Assembly: GCA_015063165.1 (NCBI GenBank)
Contig: SUSZ01000002.1
Coordinates: 36,517 to 100,516 of the forward strand
Length of the DNA: 64,000 nt
Source: Thermoplasmata archaeon
Lineage (GTDB): Archaea; Thermoplasmatota; Thermoplasmata; Methanomassiliicoccales; Methanomethylophilaceae
Direction: 5' to 3'
Every line of letters starts with the position of its first letter. Position 1 is the stretch's first letter. The position numbers and the translations under genes are program-made. The notes beneath the pieces were generated by a model. The model saw only the letters and a program-made list of their open reading frames with translations, had not been told where the DNA came from and ran no database searches. Below are positions 61,469 to 64,000 of the stretch, piece after piece.

Positions 61469-62256
61469 AAGCAGTGATCGTGAACGGTAGCCCTCGCAAG
61501 AACTGGAACACCGACAAGGCGCTGAAGAGCGTGGCGGAGGGGCTCAGGTCCCAAGGGTTCGAGACCGAGGAGGTCAGGCTCTACGACATCGAGTACAAGG
61601 GATGCATAGAGTGCCTGGCGTGCAAGCTCAAGAACTCCAAGACGAACGGGCTCTGCGCCTACAAGGACGCCCTCACTCCGATACTGGAGAAATGCCGCGA
61701 GGCCGACGTCGTGATCGTCGGGGCTCCCGTGTTCTACAACGAGGCTCCGGGACAGGTCAGGTCGTTCATCGAGCGCTGGCTGTTCCCGATCGGGACGTAC
61801 ATGTGGAAGGATGGAAAGCAGATCGTGGTCAGGGACAAGGAGGTCCCCACGGGGCTGATCTACACCATGAACTGCCCCGAGGACGTCATGGAGAAGTGGA
61901 ACTACCCTATGCTCCTGTCCGACACAGCGAAGACGATGAAGCAGATCATGGGTTATAACGAGCTGCTGTACATCTGCAACACGTACCAGTTCAGGGACTA
62001 CTCCAAGTATGACTTCAACCTCTTCGACGAGGAGGACAAGAGGAGATATCGCGACGAGCACTTCGAGACTGACTTGAAGAACGCTTATGAAATGGGCGTG
62101 AGCCTGGCGAAGAGGGCAGGGCAATCCATCGAAAAACGATGCCGAATCCGATCCGTATCATCGAATATGATAAACCGGTCTTCGGGAGTCGGGATCATCC
62201 GAGGACAGCATACGGTGAATTCTTACAGCAGCTTCGATTTCGAGGGGAAGGAGTAG
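61465..62256 (+). CDS. flavodoxin-family NAD(P)H-dependent oxidoreductase (Isf-like, long form)
   Basis: 263 aa. MKAVIVNGSPRKNWNT, Cys motif CIECLACKLKNSKTNGLC, GAPVFYN. Confidence 0.8.
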   Translation: MKAVIVNGSPRKNWNTDKALKSVAEGLRSQGFETEEVRLYDIEYKGCIECLACKLKNSKTNGLCAYKDALTPILEKCREADVVIVGAPVFYNEAPGQVRSFIERWLFPIGTYMWKDGKQIVVRDKEVPTGLIYTMNCPEDVMEKWNYPMLLSDTAKTMKQIMGYNELLYICNTYQFRDYSKYDFNLFDEEDKRRYRDEHFETDLKNAYEMGVSLAKRAGQSIEKRCRIRSVSSNMINRSSGVGIIRGQHTVNSYSSFDFEGKE

Positions 62257-62817
62257 GACGGGTCGCAGAGTACGAAGTTGTCCGAACGATGGATACATGA
62301 AACGGAGGGTCTTTTTTAGGGGAAGACGGGATGAGAGCACGATTGAAACATATGCGATATAAGGCAGAGAGATAGGTTATTGTAAAGAACGAGAGGAATT
62401 GAAACTAAAGCCTATCTCGAATCAAAAAATCTGTTTTATACTGCTGAAGCGTCCACAATTACCGCAATCATCAATCTGCAGCCTATAAAACTGTTAACGC
62501 GCAGGCACATGGCTTGCATTGTCAGGCTGTCGGTCTTGGAGTAGACCATGTACGCCAAGACGTGGCATCCGAGGAATTGGCTCTCGCATGGACGAACAAG
62601 CCGGACCTCGTGCATATCGTATTCGAGATGTTTGGGGCAGCGATCTTCATCCGTGTCGACAATATGCAGGCTCAGGGATAACTTCTTTGAGTTATCTAAG
62701 AGGAGTCTCGATACTCATGTCGGGTTAGCGAGTGGGTACGTGCGCTTCTCCATGGGAAGAGGGCAGGGATATGCCAAGGGCAGGTTTTTATATTGACTCA
62801 AATGACCGATTCGCCCC

Positions 62818-63309
62818 TTACTCCAGGATAGGGAACTTCTTGACGATCCGAGCCTCCCTCCACCTGGGATGAAGGGACAGCTTATCGTATCCGCCCAGGA
62901 AATAAGTCGCCAGGATGCCGAGAACGAGCAGTATATGATAGTCGACGACAGGATTGTCCGAAGGCGGCATATGAAGCGAATACATGACCAGAAGGAAAGC
63001 GCACATTCCGAACGTGGTCAGCTTGGATGTCACTCCCAATGTGAGCGTGACGCCGAGAACCAGCAGGGCGGCCATCAGCACCACGTCTATGACGAAATTG
63101 CCTGCCAGGGATGTGTAGAAGTCCTTGAACACGCCATCGGCTACGTATACTACATACGACGAGGGTGAAACGCAGTCTATCCATCCGCCTCCGTGGGGAG
63201 TCTGGAACCCTAGCCCGAACATCTTGTCGAAGAACGGCCACAGCATGATCCATCCCGTGAGCACGCGGAACGCCGCCAAAACGTACAGACCAGTCATCTT
63301 TTCATTCAT
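62818..63309 (-). CDS. DoxX-like small membrane protein (tentative)
   Basis: Start chosen at MNEKMTGLYVLAAFRVLTGWIMLWPFFDKMFG. Four TM segments. The family call is tentative. Confidence 0.5.
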   Translation of the reverse strand: MNEKMTGLYVLAAFRVLTGWIMLWPFFDKMFGLGFQTPHGGGWIDCVSPSSYVVYVADGVFKDFYTSLAGNFVIDVVLMAALLVLGVTLTLGVTSKLTTFGMCAFLLVMYSLHMPPSDNPVVDYHILLVLGILATYFLGGYDKLSLHPRWREARIVKKFPILE

Positions 63310-63376
63310 AGACGCCCATATGCCGGAATGTAGATAACCTTGAAGGACGGAATCCAGCAGAGCCCTGAAAAATGTT

Positions 63377-63601
63377 TCAGGCTCTCCCATTCTTGATGCG
63401 GGCATGTATCAGGCATGCCAGAGACAGGACCATGAATGCCACGGATAGGTAAACCATCAGGTTGCCCATGAACCACAGCCTAGCCTGGATGTCGTAAGTG
63501 TGCTCTACAATACGTCCAGCTATGATCATGACGGTTCCGCAGGTAGCGATGGCCGTCGTTCCTAAAACCAGCATGAATGCCCAGAATTTGTCGTTCTCCA
63601 A
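63377..63601 (-). CDS. small two-TM membrane protein
   Basis: 74 aa with two hydrophobic helices. Lies immediately upstream of the DoxX-like gene. Confidence 0.4.
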   Translation of the reverse strand: MENDKFWAFMLVLGTTAIATCGTVMIIAGRIVEHTYDIQARLWFMGNLMVYLSVAFMVLSLACLIHARIKNGRA

Positions 63602-63776
63602 GATATCACCCCGGATTATTGCTATTTGGTTCTAAAAGATGTGAAGTTGCGATGCTTTATATATATTGTTGATTGCACTACAGAACGCAGTCGGATTTGG
63701 GCAAATTATATCATTATAAATCGCTTCTTATAGTTAGTTACCTAACATATTTCAATAACTACTGTCATGCTCATTC

Positions 63777-64000
63777 ATGGCAAGACCGGTTGAGCTGCAG
63801 ATCGTGAGGCACGTCCCTCTGGAGTCCCTTCAGAAAGAGGAACGCCGCCTGTCCGAGAGCATCAGGAGCCTGAAGAAGTCGGAGAGGATGCTCCAGAGGG
63901 TGACCTTCGTCCGCATGAGATACAGCGGATATTCCGTGGAGGAGGCGTCCGCGGCCGTCGGGTTCACGACCAAGACGGGATACAACGTCCAAGAGCTTTG
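63777..64000 (+). CDS. helix-turn-helix protein, N-terminal fragment (transposase-type HTH suspected; runs off the window)
   Basis: The reading is MARPVELQIVRHVPLESLQKEERRLSESIRSLKKSERMLQRVTFVRMRYSGYSVEEASAAVGFTTKTGYNVQEL... The ...RMRY.G.SV.EA...VG....TGYN pattern resembles the N-terminal HTH of IS630-type transposases. Preceded by an AT-rich spacer. Confidence 0.45.
   Translation, partial: MARPVELQIVRHVPLESLQKEERRLSESIRSLKKSERMLQRVTFVRMRYSGYSVEEASAAVGFTTKTGYNVQEL

Noticed and set aside
62330-62410. CRISPR-like repeat ends (ATTGAAAC occurs twice, at about 62343 and 62398)
   Set aside because: There are only two copies about 55 nt apart. The sequences preceding the 8-mer are not repeated, and there are no cas genes or further units. 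It does not qualify as an array or even a convincing degenerate remnant.
1-64000. Pyrrolysine-containing genes (in-frame TAG joining adjacent ORFs)
   Set aside because: I looked for pairs of same-frame ORFs separated by a single TAG with methyltransferase-like sequence and found none. There are no mtmB/mtbB/mttB or pyl genes in this window.

Overview
GC-rich archaeal chromosome segment. The archaeal call rests on the ribosomal cluster L18e-L13-S9-RpoN(Rpo10), a DapL-type lysine operon, a FlaK/PibD-type A24 peptidase and a tRNA-Pro preceded by a TATA box. Strong TGA stop-codon preference and Flg_new/BspA adhesin-like surface proteins fit a host-associated Methanomassiliicoccales-type methanogen, but that assignment is inference only.

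Core blocks:
- 0.6-6.6 kb: lysine biosynthesis operon dapL-dapF-lysA-lysC / dapA-Lrp.
- 6.8-22.1 kb: MscS channel, A24 peptidase, AmmeMemoRadiSam enzyme, thiL, a LarA-HdrD fusion coupled to folP, PHI, ribosomal proteins, ribokinase.
- 48.7-57 kb: AlkD, MBL hydrolase, MtaD/DadD-like deaminase, PHP, cardiolipin synthase, CPA2 antiporter.
- 57-63.6 kb: redox cluster with two Isf-like flavoproteins, Rrf2 and a DoxX-like protein.

Accessory content:
1. A block starts right after tRNA-Pro. It holds a STAS protein, a membrane PP2C-phosphatase/HATPase-kinase fusion, an Sfp-type phosphopantetheinyl transferase and a 2974-aa trimodular NRPS (A-T-C-A-T-C-A-T-R). A COG1373-type ATPase and a Fic gene bracketed by 24-nt direct repeats follow.
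2. A six-gene surface/ABC-import operon (38.7-48.6 kb) has three DUF4430-like modules, a BtuF-like binding protein, a membrane-anchored beta-propeller, a FecCD permease, an ATPase and a Flg_new/BspA-LRR adhesin-like protein.
3. There are three diverged COG1373 ATPase paralogs, each with a repeat structure upstream.

The most interesting signal is the NRPS + PPTase + partner-switching block in a sigma-factor-less archaeon. No rRNA genes or CRISPR arrays are present. Many long ORFs in the track are antisense shadows of real genes in this GC3-rich DNA.
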